From positions 3,298,375-3,362,374 of the forward strand of contig CAWJLW010000006.1 of the NCBI GenBank assembly GCA_963843795.1: 64,000 nucleotides of DNA, given 5' to 3'. Both the position numbers and the translations under genes were made by a program. Shown piece by piece: positions 31,927 through 41,302 of this stretch (the stretch's first letter is position 1; the number at the start of each line of letters is the position of its first letter). Origin of the DNA: an uncultured bacterium. Lineage in GTDB: Bacteria; Armatimonadota; Abditibacteriia; Abditibacteriales; Abditibacteriaceae. The notes beneath the pieces are model-generated. The model saw only the letters and a list, made by a program, of their open reading frames with translations. It had not been told where the DNA came from and searched no databases.

Positions 31927-33009
31927 TTACGCGGTGTCTCCGACAATAAGTTCGACCGGTAGCACGGTGCGCTCTGGCACGTCTTGCCCGTCGTGCTGCG
32001 CTACTAAAAGCGATACCGCAGTCCGTGCGACTTCAGCCCACGGCGCGTGAATGGTAGTTAAACGCCGCGAGGGGCGGCGCGCCGCCGCAAAGCCATCGAA
32101 GCCCACAATCGCTAAATCTTCGGGAATGCGCAGATCATTTTCGCGACAGAAATCAACTGTGTAATCGGCGGAAAAATCACTGAAAGCAGCCAGTACATCG
32201 GGCCGCCGCGTGGGGTCAAGCAACAATTCGGCTTCCTCTTTTTCGGTGAACGCGCCCTGGGCCAGCAGCAAATCGACTTGCAAGCCGCGCTGCGTCGCGG
32301 TTTCGCGAAAACTTTGCCAACGCTTCTCGATAGTCGAGGGCAGAACCGTGTCGGTCACGCGATACAAAACGCTTTTGTAGCCTTTGTCCGCCAGATAATT
32401 CGCCAGCAATCTTCCGCCCATTTCGGCATCGACCGTTACGCACGGCAAACCGGGCACCTCATCGGCGATGGTCACAACCGGCAAGCGCGAATCAATCAGT
32501 CGCTGAATGAGCGGCGTGACGCTGCGCGCATATAAAACCAAACCGTCGATTTGGCCGTTGAGCAATTGCAGATAAATGTCGTTTTCGCTACGATTGCGAA
32601 AGGTGCCGTGCAGCAAAAAATCTTTCTGGTGATCTTCGCACCCGTCCAGCAAACCCTTTAAAATCGTGCCGAAAAAAGGATACAGCGGATTGAAGCGCTG
32701 GCCCTGCGCGCTGTAAAAGCCGATAACATCGGTGCGCTGACGACGCAGCGAACGTGCCATCGCGTTGGGCTTGTATTCTAGCGCCTGAGCCGCTTCAACG
32801 ATGCGCGCGCGCGTGGCATCGGAAACCCGCACCTGCGAGCGCGACTTGTTCAGCACGACAGAAACCGCGACTTTGCTCACGCCCGCGACTTTGGCGACGT
32901 CACTGAGCGTCGCCGCGCGCTCGATATCTTTGCCGTTTTTGCTGCGATTCGGATTTGCGCTTTGAGTTCCGTTATTGATCGAGTTTTTTGTAGGCACTTT
33001 ACTTATCAA
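31927..33009 (-). CDS. LacI family transcriptional regulator
   Basis: TLSDVAKVAGVSKVAVSVVLN, YKPNAMARSL, IPEDLAIVGFD. Confidence 0.93.
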   Translation of the reverse strand: MISKVPTKNSINNGTQSANPNRSKNGKDIERAATLSDVAKVAGVSKVAVSVVLNKSRSQVRVSDATRARIVEAAQALEYKPNAMARSLRRQRTDVIGFYSAQGQRFNPLYPFFGTILKGLLDGCEDHQKDFLLHGTFRNRSENDIYLQLLNGQIDGLVLYARSVTPLIQRLIDSRLPVVTIADEVPGLPCVTVDAEMGGRLLANYLADKGYKSVLYRVTDTVLPSTIEKRWQSFRETATQRGLQVDLLLAQGAFTEKEEAELLLDPTRRPDVLAAFSDFSADYTVDFCRENDLRIPEDLAIVGFDGFAAARRPSRRLTTIHAPWAEVARTAVSLLVAQHDGQDVPERTVLPVELIVGDTA

Positions 33010-33059
33010 CCTCGTTATTTGACGGCTGCAACAAACAACGCAAGTACTTGCAGGGTGTT

Positions 33060-34073
33060 TTAGGCGCGCTGCGACCAGCGCAAGCGCGCCTGATCTAATC
33101 CGACTGCCAGCAATAATACTACACCGCGCGCGACTTCCTGATAATAGCTTGACACATTGAGCAAGGTCAAGCCGTTATTCAAAGTGCCCAGAATCAAAAC
33201 GCCCAGCAGCGTGCCGCTGATTGTGCCTTTGCCACCGCTCAAGCTGGTGCCGCCTAAAATGACCGCTGCAATCACGCTCAGTTCGATGCCTGCCGCCGCT
33301 GCCGGTGCGCCCGCGCTCAATTGTGAAGCCAGAAACACGCCGCCCAGCGCCGCGCTCAAGCCCGATAACAAATACACCGCGACCTGCATATTTTGCACGG
33401 GCAGACCGGCCAAACGGCTGGCGTGCGCGTTGCCGCCAATCGCGTAAATCGAGCGCCCGAAAACCGTCGCGCGCATCACAAACGCCACCATGATGAACAA
33501 AATCACCATCACAATCACTTGAAATGGCACGCCAAAAACAAAGCCACGCCCCAGAAATCCGAAGCCTTCATTATCAATGGATTGCGTCAAACCACCCGAA
33601 AACACAAACGATAAACCGCGCGCAATCGACAGCGTGCCAAGCGTCGCAATCAAGGGATTAATTCCGATGCGCGTGACCGCCACGCCGTTAAACAAGCCCA
33701 CAATCGCGCCCACCAAAAGCGCCGCGCCCACGCATAGCCAGATCGCATAATGATGCGATAATTGCGCGACCGCGACACCTGAAAGGGCCACGACCGAACC
33801 AACCGACAAGTCGATGCCGCCCGAAACGATGACCATCGTCATCGCGACCGCGATAATTCCGATAGTCGAAACCGCGACCAAAATGTTGAGGAAATTATTC
33901 AGGCTGGCGAAATAAGGCGATTTCAAGCTGAGCACGATCAGCAGCACGATATAAATCGCCACCAGCCCCAAAGATTCGCCGAATTTAATGCGCGCTCGCT
34001 TAGGACCGGCAGATGTTTCTACCGCCTTTGCCGTTTGAGGTGAATTTTCAGTTGCCACAAATCTTTCCTTCAC
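33060..34073 (-). CDS. Monosaccharide ABC transporter permease (RbsC-like)
   Basis: GGIDLSVGS, IAAVILGGTSLSGG. Confidence 0.93.
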   Translation of the reverse strand: MKERFVATENSPQTAKAVETSAGPKRARIKFGESLGLVAIYIVLLIVLSLKSPYFASLNNFLNILVAVSTIGIIAVAMTMVIVSGGIDLSVGSVVALSGVAVAQLSHHYAIWLCVGAALLVGAIVGLFNGVAVTRIGINPLIATLGTLSIARGLSFVFSGGLTQSIDNEGFGFLGRGFVFGVPFQVIVMVILFIMVAFVMRATVFGRSIYAIGGNAHASRLAGLPVQNMQVAVYLLSGLSAALGGVFLASQLSAGAPAAAAGIELSVIAAVILGGTSLSGGKGTISGTLLGVLILGTLNNGLTLLNVSSYYQEVARGVVLLLAVGLDQARLRWSQRA

Positions 34074-34140
34074 TTATCTTTTTGAAATCAAGGTCATATA
34101 GACACGCTGCAAGTACTTGCAGCACCAATTTCTGCTCGAT

Positions 34141-35640
34141 TCAATCTTCGCCTGCCGCAGCGCTGAGCAAACTTTCCTGACTGGCTTCCGAACGCTCGAA
34201 TTCGCGCACAATGCGCCCACGCACGAAAGTTAAAATGCGGTCACTTAAGGCCAGCACTTCTTCCATGTCGGTCGAAACCAGCACAATCGCCAAGCCCTGC
34301 GCGCGCAATTCTTCTAGAACCGCGTAAATATCGGCGCGCGCGCCCACATCAACGCCGCGTGTGGGCTCGGCCAATAATAAAACGCGCGTGCCCGCTTCGA
34401 GCCAGCGCGCCAGCACCACTTTCTGCTGATTGCCGCCGCTGAGCGTCCCGACCATTTGCCCCGCGCCCTGCGCGCGAATGCCCAAACGCTGCGTCCAATG
34501 CGAAACTTGTTCTCGTTCGCGCGCGCCTTGCAGCACGCCGCCGCTCGAAATTAAATTCCAGTTGCCAAGCGTCAGATTTTCGCTCACGCTCATGCCCAGC
34601 ACCAAGCCCTCGCGCTTGCGATCTTCCGACACCAAGCCGATTCCCAAACCCTTCGCTTCGCGCGGTGAATGGGGCATCGCGTTTTGTCCGCCGATTGTTA
34701 TCGCGCCTGAAGTCGCGGGCGGCGCACCGAACAAAGCGCGCAGAACTTCCATTTGTCCCGCGCCCAACAAACCATATAAGCCAACGATTTCGCCCTTACG
34801 CGCCTGGAAACTCACGTTTTCAAACGCACCGTTGCGCCCTAAATTTTGCACTTCAAGCACGATTTCGCCAGGTTCGCTCGCACGTTCGGGATACATGGTT
34901 TCGACTTCGCGTCCGACCATCAGGCGCACGATATCACGCCGCGAAACTTCGCTCATCAACCGTTCGCCTTCAGCTTGTCCATCGCGCAAGACCGCCACGC
35001 GCTGCGCGATTTCCTCGACTTCGTCCAAGCGATGCGAAATATAGATAATCGCGACACCTTGCGCGCGTAGCGAATTGATGGTTTCAAACAGCAAATGCAC
35101 TTCGCGCGAAGTGAGCGCGGCGGTCGGCTCGTCCATCACTAAAACGCGCGCTTCACTGGATAACGCTTTGGCAATTTCGACCAGTTGTTGCTGCCCAACA
35201 CTGAGATTGCCGACCAGTTCGCGCGGATCGATTTCGGCTTTGAGCTGAGCAAGTACTTGCGAAGCGGTCGCGTAAGTTGCGGGCCAATCGACGACGAAAC
35301 CCCCACGGCGCGGCAAGCGGCCCATCAAAATATTTTCCGCCACCGATAAATCGGGCGCGTAGTTCAATTCTTGATAAATTACCCGCACGCCGGCGTTTTC
35401 CGCGTCGCGCGGCGAGCGGAAATCGACCGATTTTCCATCGAGCGTAATTTCGCCGCCGTCGCGCGTGTAATCGCCGTTGAGAATTTTCATCAACGTCGAT
35501 TTCCCCGCGCCGTTTTCGCCCATCAATGCCAAAACTTCGCCCGCGTGCAAGGTCAAATCGACGCCGTGCAACACTTCAACGCCGGAAAAACTTTTGCGAA
35601 TCCCGCGCATCGCCAACAATGGAGAAGCAGAAGAACTCAT
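34141..35640 (-). CDS. Monosaccharide ABC transporter ATP-binding protein (RbsA-like)
   Basis: GENGAGKST, two nucleotide-binding domains, LSGGNQQKV. Confidence 0.94.
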   Translation of the reverse strand: MSSSASPLLAMRGIRKSFSGVEVLHGVDLTLHAGEVLALMGENGAGKSTLMKILNGDYTRDGGEITLDGKSVDFRSPRDAENAGVRVIYQELNYAPDLSVAENILMGRLPRRGGFVVDWPATYATASQVLAQLKAEIDPRELVGNLSVGQQQLVEIAKALSSEARVLVMDEPTAALTSREVHLLFETINSLRAQGVAIIYISHRLDEVEEIAQRVAVLRDGQAEGERLMSEVSRRDIVRLMVGREVETMYPERASEPGEIVLEVQNLGRNGAFENVSFQARKGEIVGLYGLLGAGQMEVLRALFGAPPATSGAITIGGQNAMPHSPREAKGLGIGLVSEDRKREGLVLGMSVSENLTLGNWNLISSGGVLQGAREREQVSHWTQRLGIRAQGAGQMVGTLSGGNQQKVVLARWLEAGTRVLLLAEPTRGVDVGARADIYAVLEELRAQGLAIVLVSTDMEEVLALSDRILTFVRGRIVREFERSEASQESLLSAAAGED

Positions 35641-36659
35641 TTTTTGTCGTTGGGATAGAATTTATCGACGTTTTCTTTGGTCAGAAATTCGTGCGTGGTG
35701 TAAAGCTCCGGCGGCAACTTTTCGCCTTTGATCGCTTTGAGCAAAGCGGGCACGATTTTTTCGCCGTATTTTTCGGGAAACGAAGCCGTCGAGCCGACTT
35801 GCGGACTGCCAGCTTTGCGAATTTCTTCGCGTCCTCGGTCGCTGGCATCGACCGCAACGACCGCGATTTGATTCTTGCGCCCCGCGGCTTCGGCTGCTGC
35901 AATCGCGCCCGCTGCGGTGTCATCGTTAATACAAACCACGCCGATATGCTTGGCATTAGGCAAAGTCGTCAAAGTGTCGGTCATCAGCTTGCGCGCTTCT
36001 TCGAGCGTGTTCTTTGAATCGAGATGTTTGACTTTGTTTTCGGGAATTTTGCCGATGACGCTTTCCAAACCATCGCGCTGCCCTTTCAAGCGTGCGGCGG
36101 GAATGGGACCGCTTTGCGGCAGTTCGAGCATCACTAAAGCGTCAAGTTGACCGTTCCAATTTTTCTTCACCCATTCGCCCAAACCTTTGCCCGCCATTTG
36201 TCCGGCGACCGGATTGTTGACGCCGAAAAAAGTCGCGCCCGGCATCGGAATATCAATGGCGATGACAGGAATGTTCTTCGCTGCAAATTTCTGCATAATG
36301 ACTTTGCCAAACTTTTCATCAGTTTGAAATTCAATCACGCCCTGCACGCCTTGTGTGATGAAGTTGTCCGCATTGGCTAACGCCGTCGCGCCGTCTAATT
36401 TGTTATCCGCAGTCACCAGTTCGACATTATTTTCTTTGGCGGCTTTTTCAATGCCTTCACGCACGCGCACGGCAAACGGAATATCTTCAGTGAGGTTGGC
36501 GAAACCAATTTTCACGCGTTCGCCGCCCGCTGCCGCCGTGTTGCCAGCGTCACCCGAAGTCGAGGCAGTTTGCGTTCCGCTGTTGCAGCCTGCGAGCACA
36601 AAAGAAGCGGCCACTGCGCCGTAGAAAAAGGAAATGGGACGAAAGCGTCGAGCGATCAT
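35637..36659 (-). CDS. Sugar ABC substrate-binding lipoprotein (RbsB-like)
   Basis: Lipobox LAGC; periplasmic binding protein type 1 pattern. Confidence 0.9.
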   Translation of the reverse strand: MIARRFRPISFFYGAVAASFVLAGCNSGTQTASTSGDAGNTAAAGGERVKIGFANLTEDIPFAVRVREGIEKAAKENNVELVTADNKLDGATALANADNFITQGVQGVIEFQTDEKFGKVIMQKFAAKNIPVIAIDIPMPGATFFGVNNPVAGQMAGKGLGEWVKKNWNGQLDALVMLELPQSGPIPAARLKGQRDGLESVIGKIPENKVKHLDSKNTLEEARKLMTDTLTTLPNAKHIGVVCINDDTAAGAIAAAEAAGRKNQIAVVAVDASDRGREEIRKAGSPQVGSTASFPEKYGEKIVPALLKAIKGEKLPPELYTTHEFLTKENVDKFYPNDKK

Positions 36660-37078
36660 AAATGGGGTTCTCCTAAAAATAAGACTTGGAAATGGGACTT
36701 CAATAAACGAAAACTGTCGGTAGAAATACCGGTATCTTCGCTACCGAAACATGTGATGGAATTTGAATTACGTTCTAATTTACCCCAAAACGCAATTTAG
36801 GCGCGGGGCAAGTACTTGCTGCAAGCTATCGGATGCGCTGCTATCGACTGGATATCAACGTTTGCACCTGCAATCGAATTCAGAATTCTGCCTTTAACTG
36901 TGACACATATCTGCAGCGGGCGTTGTCCATTATAAAGCAATTTAAAGTGCTTCGAGCCCCACAACAACTTAGAAACTTACGATTTGCGCCATGACATTGC
37001 CTGGTTTGCCAATTCGATCAAACTGGAATAGTCTCAAAATTTAGAGTTCCGAAATTTATTTATTTGTCGTTATGCACC

Positions 37079-40000
37079 ATGAAAAATTCTTTAATTTCTC
37101 GTAATCTCGCTTTTCCTAATCCCGTTCCTCCCACCGTATTCGCGGCAGCCCTGCTTTTCAACACCGCGCCTTTTTCGCGGAGTGTTGCAATACCGGTCTC
37201 GCAAATATTTGTACGCCAGGCTGTGGCGGCTTCGTTGGCGGCTCCGGCTTCTGCGACCAATTTGCGCTGTGAATACAAAGCGAATCCGATGAGTATCGAC
37301 ACGCTCGCTCCGCGTCTGAGTTGGACGATTGCGGGCGGCGGGCGCGGCTGGATGCAAAGCGCTTATCGCGTTCAAGTCGCTCCAACGGCGGCGTCGTTCA
37401 ATGCCAAATCGGCCACTGTGAAAAATGCGCTGTGGGATAGTGGCAAAGTGGCTTCCGACCAGAGCTTGAACGTGCGTTATGCGGGCAAACCGCTGTCTTC
37501 GGGCGCGCGTTATTATTGGCGCGTACAAACGTGGGGCAACGATAATCGCGCTACGACGTGGAGCGCGCCGCAGTTCTGGCAGATGGGTTTACTGGGCGCT
37601 CAGGATTGGAAAGCGCAGTGGATTAGCGGGCAAACGCCGCGCAAAACGATGGTCGATGGCATCGTGCTGCCGCCGCCGCCTTATTTGCGCAAAGCCTTCA
37701 TTTTAAACAAACCGATTCGTCAGGCCACGATTTTCGCCACCGCGCGCGGTGTTTACGAGATGCGCTTGAACGGCGCCAAAGTGAGCGAGCAAGTACTTGC
37801 ACCGGGTTGGACGGATTATCGCCAGCGCATTCAATATCAAACTTACGATGTCACGTCGCAAGTAAAGCGCGGAGCCAACGTCATTGGCGCGATTCTGGGC
37901 GATGGCTGGTACAGCGGCTATGTCGGCTTTGGCCGTCAGCGGAATCATTACGGCGATACGACTGCACTCATGGCGCAGCTCAACGTCGAATACAGCGATG
38001 GCACGCGCCAGATTATCGGCAGCGACCCTTCTTGGCAAAGTGCTACTGGCCCAATTGTGTATTCCGATATGCTGATGGGCGAATGGTACGACGCGCGCAA
38101 AATGCAGCCAAACTGGGACACCGCGCGCTACCAGCCCAACGGCGCGCAATGGAGCAGCGCGGTCATCGCGCCCAAGCCCAATGTTCCAACCGTTGATGTC
38201 ACCGATAAATTGCGAGCGGCAATCAAAAATAATACGCTTTCAGTTGTCTCGGGCAACGATCTGGCGGGCGATCCGGCTTACAACGTAGTGAAAAATCTGC
38301 GTGTGGACTATACGCTGGGCGGTATCGATAAAACGCGCACGCTGGCCGAAAACGAAACGCTCCAGATTCCCGGCCCGAACGAAACCGCTGGAGCCTTGGT
38401 GGTCCGGCGCGCGGTTTACGGCGCTTTGGATCAGGCCGATGGCAAGCCCGCGCAGCTGGTTGGCACACGCGACCCCGAAATTCGCGTCACGCAAGAACTG
38501 AAACCGCTGCGTATCACGCAGCCCAAACCGGGCAATTACATTTACGATATGGGCCAGAATATGGTCGGTGTCGTGCGCTTGAAAGTGCGCGGCGCAGCGG
38601 GCACCAAAGTGCAACTGCGCTTTGCCGAAATGCTTAACCCCGATGGCACCGCTTACACCGCCAACCTGCGCGCCGCGCGGGCGACCGATACTTACATTTG
38701 CAGCGGCAAAGGCGTCGAAGTGTGGGAACCGCGCTTCACCTTTCATGGTTTCCGTTACGTCGAAGTCACCGGTTTTCCCGGCGCGCCCACGTTAGACGCG
38801 ATTACTGGTTTGGTAATCGGTTCCGATATTCCCAAAACCGGTACATTTTCCAGTTCTTCAGCTCTGGTGAATCAGTTACAAAGCAACATCGATTGGGGAC
38901 AGCGCGGCAACTTCCTCAGTGTGCCGACCGATTGCCCACAGCGCGACGAGCGTTTGGGCTGGATGGGCGATGCGCAGATTTTCGTGCGCACCGCGACCTA
39001 CAACCGCGACGTTTCCAGCTTCTTTGAAAAATGGATGCACGACGTCGAAGACGCACAAGGTGAGGATGGCGGCTTCAGCGACGTTTCGCCGCGTAAAGTC
39101 GATAACGCCAACGGTGCGCCCGCCTGGGGCGATGCCGGCGTAATCGTGCCATGGACGATTTATCAAGCGTACGGCGACACGCAAATTGTCAACGAACACT
39201 GGGATGCGATGACCGAGTGGATGAACTATATCGGCGAGGCCAACCCTAACGGCTTATGGCTGCAACGCCGCTCCAACGATTTCGGCGATTGGCTTTCCAT
39301 CGCCGCCGACACGCCCAAAGAAGTACTTGCCACCGCTTATTACGCTTATGATGCGTCGCTGATGGCGCGCATGGCGCGCGCGACCGGTCGCCCAGATGAT
39401 GCCGCCAAATACGACGCACTTTTCGCGCGCATCAAAAACGCTTTCAACGCGGCTTATGTGCAACCCGATGGTACCATCAAAGGCAACACGCAGACCGTTT
39501 ATGTGCTCGCGTTGCACTTCGACTTGCTGCCGGAAAATTTGCGTGCCCGAGCCGCGCAACATTTGGTCGATGACATCTCGGCCAAGAAAGGCCACCTTTC
39601 CACCGGCTTTGTCGGCGTCGGTTATCTGTGCCCGACTTTGAGCAATACCGGCCACAACGATACCGCTTACAAGCTGTTACTCAATGATACGTTTCCTTCG
39701 TGGGGTTATTCGATTCGTCAGGGCGCGACTACGATTTGGGAACGCTGGGACGGCTGGACGGAAGACAAAGGTTTTCAAGATGTCGGCATGAATTCGTTCA
39801 ATCATTATTCGCTGGGTTCGGTGGGCGAATGGCTGTATCGCTACGTCGCGGGCATCGATACCGATCCCGATTTCCCCGGTTTCAAGCGCATTTTGCTGCA
39901 GCCCCATCCCGGCCCCGGCCTCACTTTCGCCAACGCGTCTTACGATTCGGCTCATGGCCGCATTATCAGCAACTGGAAACGCGAAAACGGAATGGTGACT

Positions 40001-40189
40001 TACAACATCACAATTCCCGCCAACACCACAGCTCAAATCTCGATTCCTGCCGCGAGCGCCGCTCAAGTGAAAGAAAATGGCGCGCTGGCTTCGGGCGCAA
40101 CGGGCGTGAAATTGGTCGGTCAGCAAGCGAACAAGGCAACATTTGCAGTCGGTGCGGGCAGCTACACGTTTACCGCTCCCGCCCAATAA
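37079..40189 (+). CDS. GH78 alpha-L-rhamnosidase
   Basis: PRLSW, YDMGQNMVG, FTFHGFRYVE, PTDCPQRDERLGWMGD, ATTIWERW, MNSFNHY. Confidence 0.93.
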   Translation: MKNSLISRNLAFPNPVPPTVFAAALLFNTAPFSRSVAIPVSQIFVRQAVAASLAAPASATNLRCEYKANPMSIDTLAPRLSWTIAGGGRGWMQSAYRVQVAPTAASFNAKSATVKNALWDSGKVASDQSLNVRYAGKPLSSGARYYWRVQTWGNDNRATTWSAPQFWQMGLLGAQDWKAQWISGQTPRKTMVDGIVLPPPPYLRKAFILNKPIRQATIFATARGVYEMRLNGAKVSEQVLAPGWTDYRQRIQYQTYDVTSQVKRGANVIGAILGDGWYSGYVGFGRQRNHYGDTTALMAQLNVEYSDGTRQIIGSDPSWQSATGPIVYSDMLMGEWYDARKMQPNWDTARYQPNGAQWSSAVIAPKPNVPTVDVTDKLRAAIKNNTLSVVSGNDLAGDPAYNVVKNLRVDYTLGGIDKTRTLAENETLQIPGPNETAGALVVRRAVYGALDQADGKPAQLVGTRDPEIRVTQELKPLRITQPKPGNYIYDMGQNMVGVVRLKVRGAAGTKVQLRFAEMLNPDGTAYTANLRAARATDTYICSGKGVEVWEPRFTFHGFRYVEVTGFPGAPTLDAITGLVIGSDIPKTGTFSSSSALVNQLQSNIDWGQRGNFLSVPTDCPQRDERLGWMGDAQIFVRTATYNRDVSSFFEKWMHDVEDAQGEDGGFSDVSPRKVDNANGAPAWGDAGVIVPWTIYQAYGDTQIVNEHWDAMTEWMNYIGEANPNGLWLQRRSNDFGDWLSIAADTPKEVLATAYYAYDASLMARMARATGRPDDAAKYDALFARIKNAFNAAYVQPDGTIKGNTQTVYVLALHFDLLPENLRARAAQHLVDDISAKKGHLSTGFVGVGYLCPTLSNTGHNDTAYKLLLNDTFPSWGYSIRQGATTIWERWDGWTEDKGFQDVGMNSFNHYSLGSVGEWLYRYVAGIDTDPDFPGFKRILLQPHPGPGLTFANASYDSAHGRIISNWKRENGMVTYNITIPANTTAQISIPAASAAQVKENGALASGATGVKLVGQQANKATFAVGAGSYTFTAPAQ

Positions 40190-40269
40190 GAATCCATCGA
40201 AAGCACAAAAACGGCTCTGCAAGTACTTGCAGAGCCGTTTTACGTTTGAATATCCAAAATTCACAAACC

Positions 40270-40305
40270 AAAAGCCGTTCGCTGATAAATCAGCGAACGG
40301 CTTTT
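40270..40305. terminator. Bidirectional terminator hairpin (a second, motif-tipped hairpin lies at 40208-40241)
   Basis: aaaagccgttcgctgat-aa-atcagcgaacggctttt between convergent genes. Confidence 0.7.
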
Positions 40306-40323
40306 CAAATTTAAATTTCCAGC

Positions 40324-41154
40324 TTAACGGAAGTAACCGATGGCTCCTTGTGCGGCGTTGGCCTTCAGGAAAGTCACCGCTGCGCCTTTGTACCATTTCA
40401 CATGACCATCTGCCATCGCGAAGTTGGCACCGTCAAAGTGGCGCGGCTTGTTCGCTGTGCTATTGTTGGTTTGCGCTCCATCACGAAACGGCCCAGTGGC
40501 ATGAATTGGTGTTGCGGCGCCGCCGTTGCAGCACTCGCCACCATTGCCAGCATTCGCGGTAATAATGTTATCGCCGAAGTCGGCAGGCGATTTGTAATCG
40601 CCCGCTTCAATAGGCGAATCGAGGTTAACGTTGGCTTTGGTCGAAACTTCGCTCAACATCACCATGCGCGCCGATTCATCGACCGATGCCAGGTTAGCAC
40701 CGCCCAGCGATTGATTGAGCGCATAAGAAACCGGGCTACCTGCAGTAGCGGTATTGCCGTTGCCACGCGCTGTATCGCTGGGACAAACGAAAATTTGCCG
40801 GCTCTTGAGATAGGGTGCGGTCTCACCGCCCCAGCCAACGCCACGCCAGCCCTGACCATTAACTGAAATGCCCCACGGATAAAGTTCATCGTAATCCTGG
40901 GTATATTGCATCAAACCCAAGCCAAGCTGTTTCATGTTGCTCATGCAGCTCGAACGGCGAGCGTTTTCGCGCGCACGCCCAAAAACCGGAAACAAAATCG
41001 AAGCGAGGATCGCTATGATAGCAATCACTACTAACAGCTCAATAAGCGTAAAGCCCTTGCGCTTTACGGTGCAAGTCGATAAGCAGGTCGGTTGTGCGCG
41101 CGCCGGGAATACCGGTAAAGCACGAGATCGCGAAGTTGCAGAGGAAATGTTCAT
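40324..41154 (-). CDS. DUF1559 prepilin-type N-terminal cleavage / H-X9-DG protein
   Basis: [41 protein letters not shown]. Confidence 0.92.
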   Translation of the reverse strand: MNISSATSRSRALPVFPARAQPTCLSTCTVKRKGFTLIELLVVIAIIAILASILFPVFGRARENARRSSCMSNMKQLGLGLMQYTQDYDELYPWGISVNGQGWRGVGWGGETAPYLKSRQIFVCPSDTARGNGNTATAGSPVSYALNQSLGGANLASVDESARMVMLSEVSTKANVNLDSPIEAGDYKSPADFGDNIITANAGNGGECCNGGAATPIHATGPFRDGAQTNNSTANKPRHFDGANFAMADGHVKWYKGAAVTFLKANAAQGAIGYFR

Positions 41155-41302
41155 AATCTCTATGATACCCGCTTTTCCTAATAACTAAACCCATCATTTC
41201 CGTTTTTTTTCAATTTTTAACTGATGTAATTCAAATCTGTCGAGTCAACAAATAAACATGGCGTTTCCCTGTCTGGCCGCGTGACTTTCTCTCAACCCTA
41301 TT

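Noticed and set aside
36718..36746. ATACCGGTAT palindrome upstream of the sugar-binding protein as a LacI operator
   Set aside because: Plausible but short, with no convincing second intergenic copy in the window; not enough support to call.
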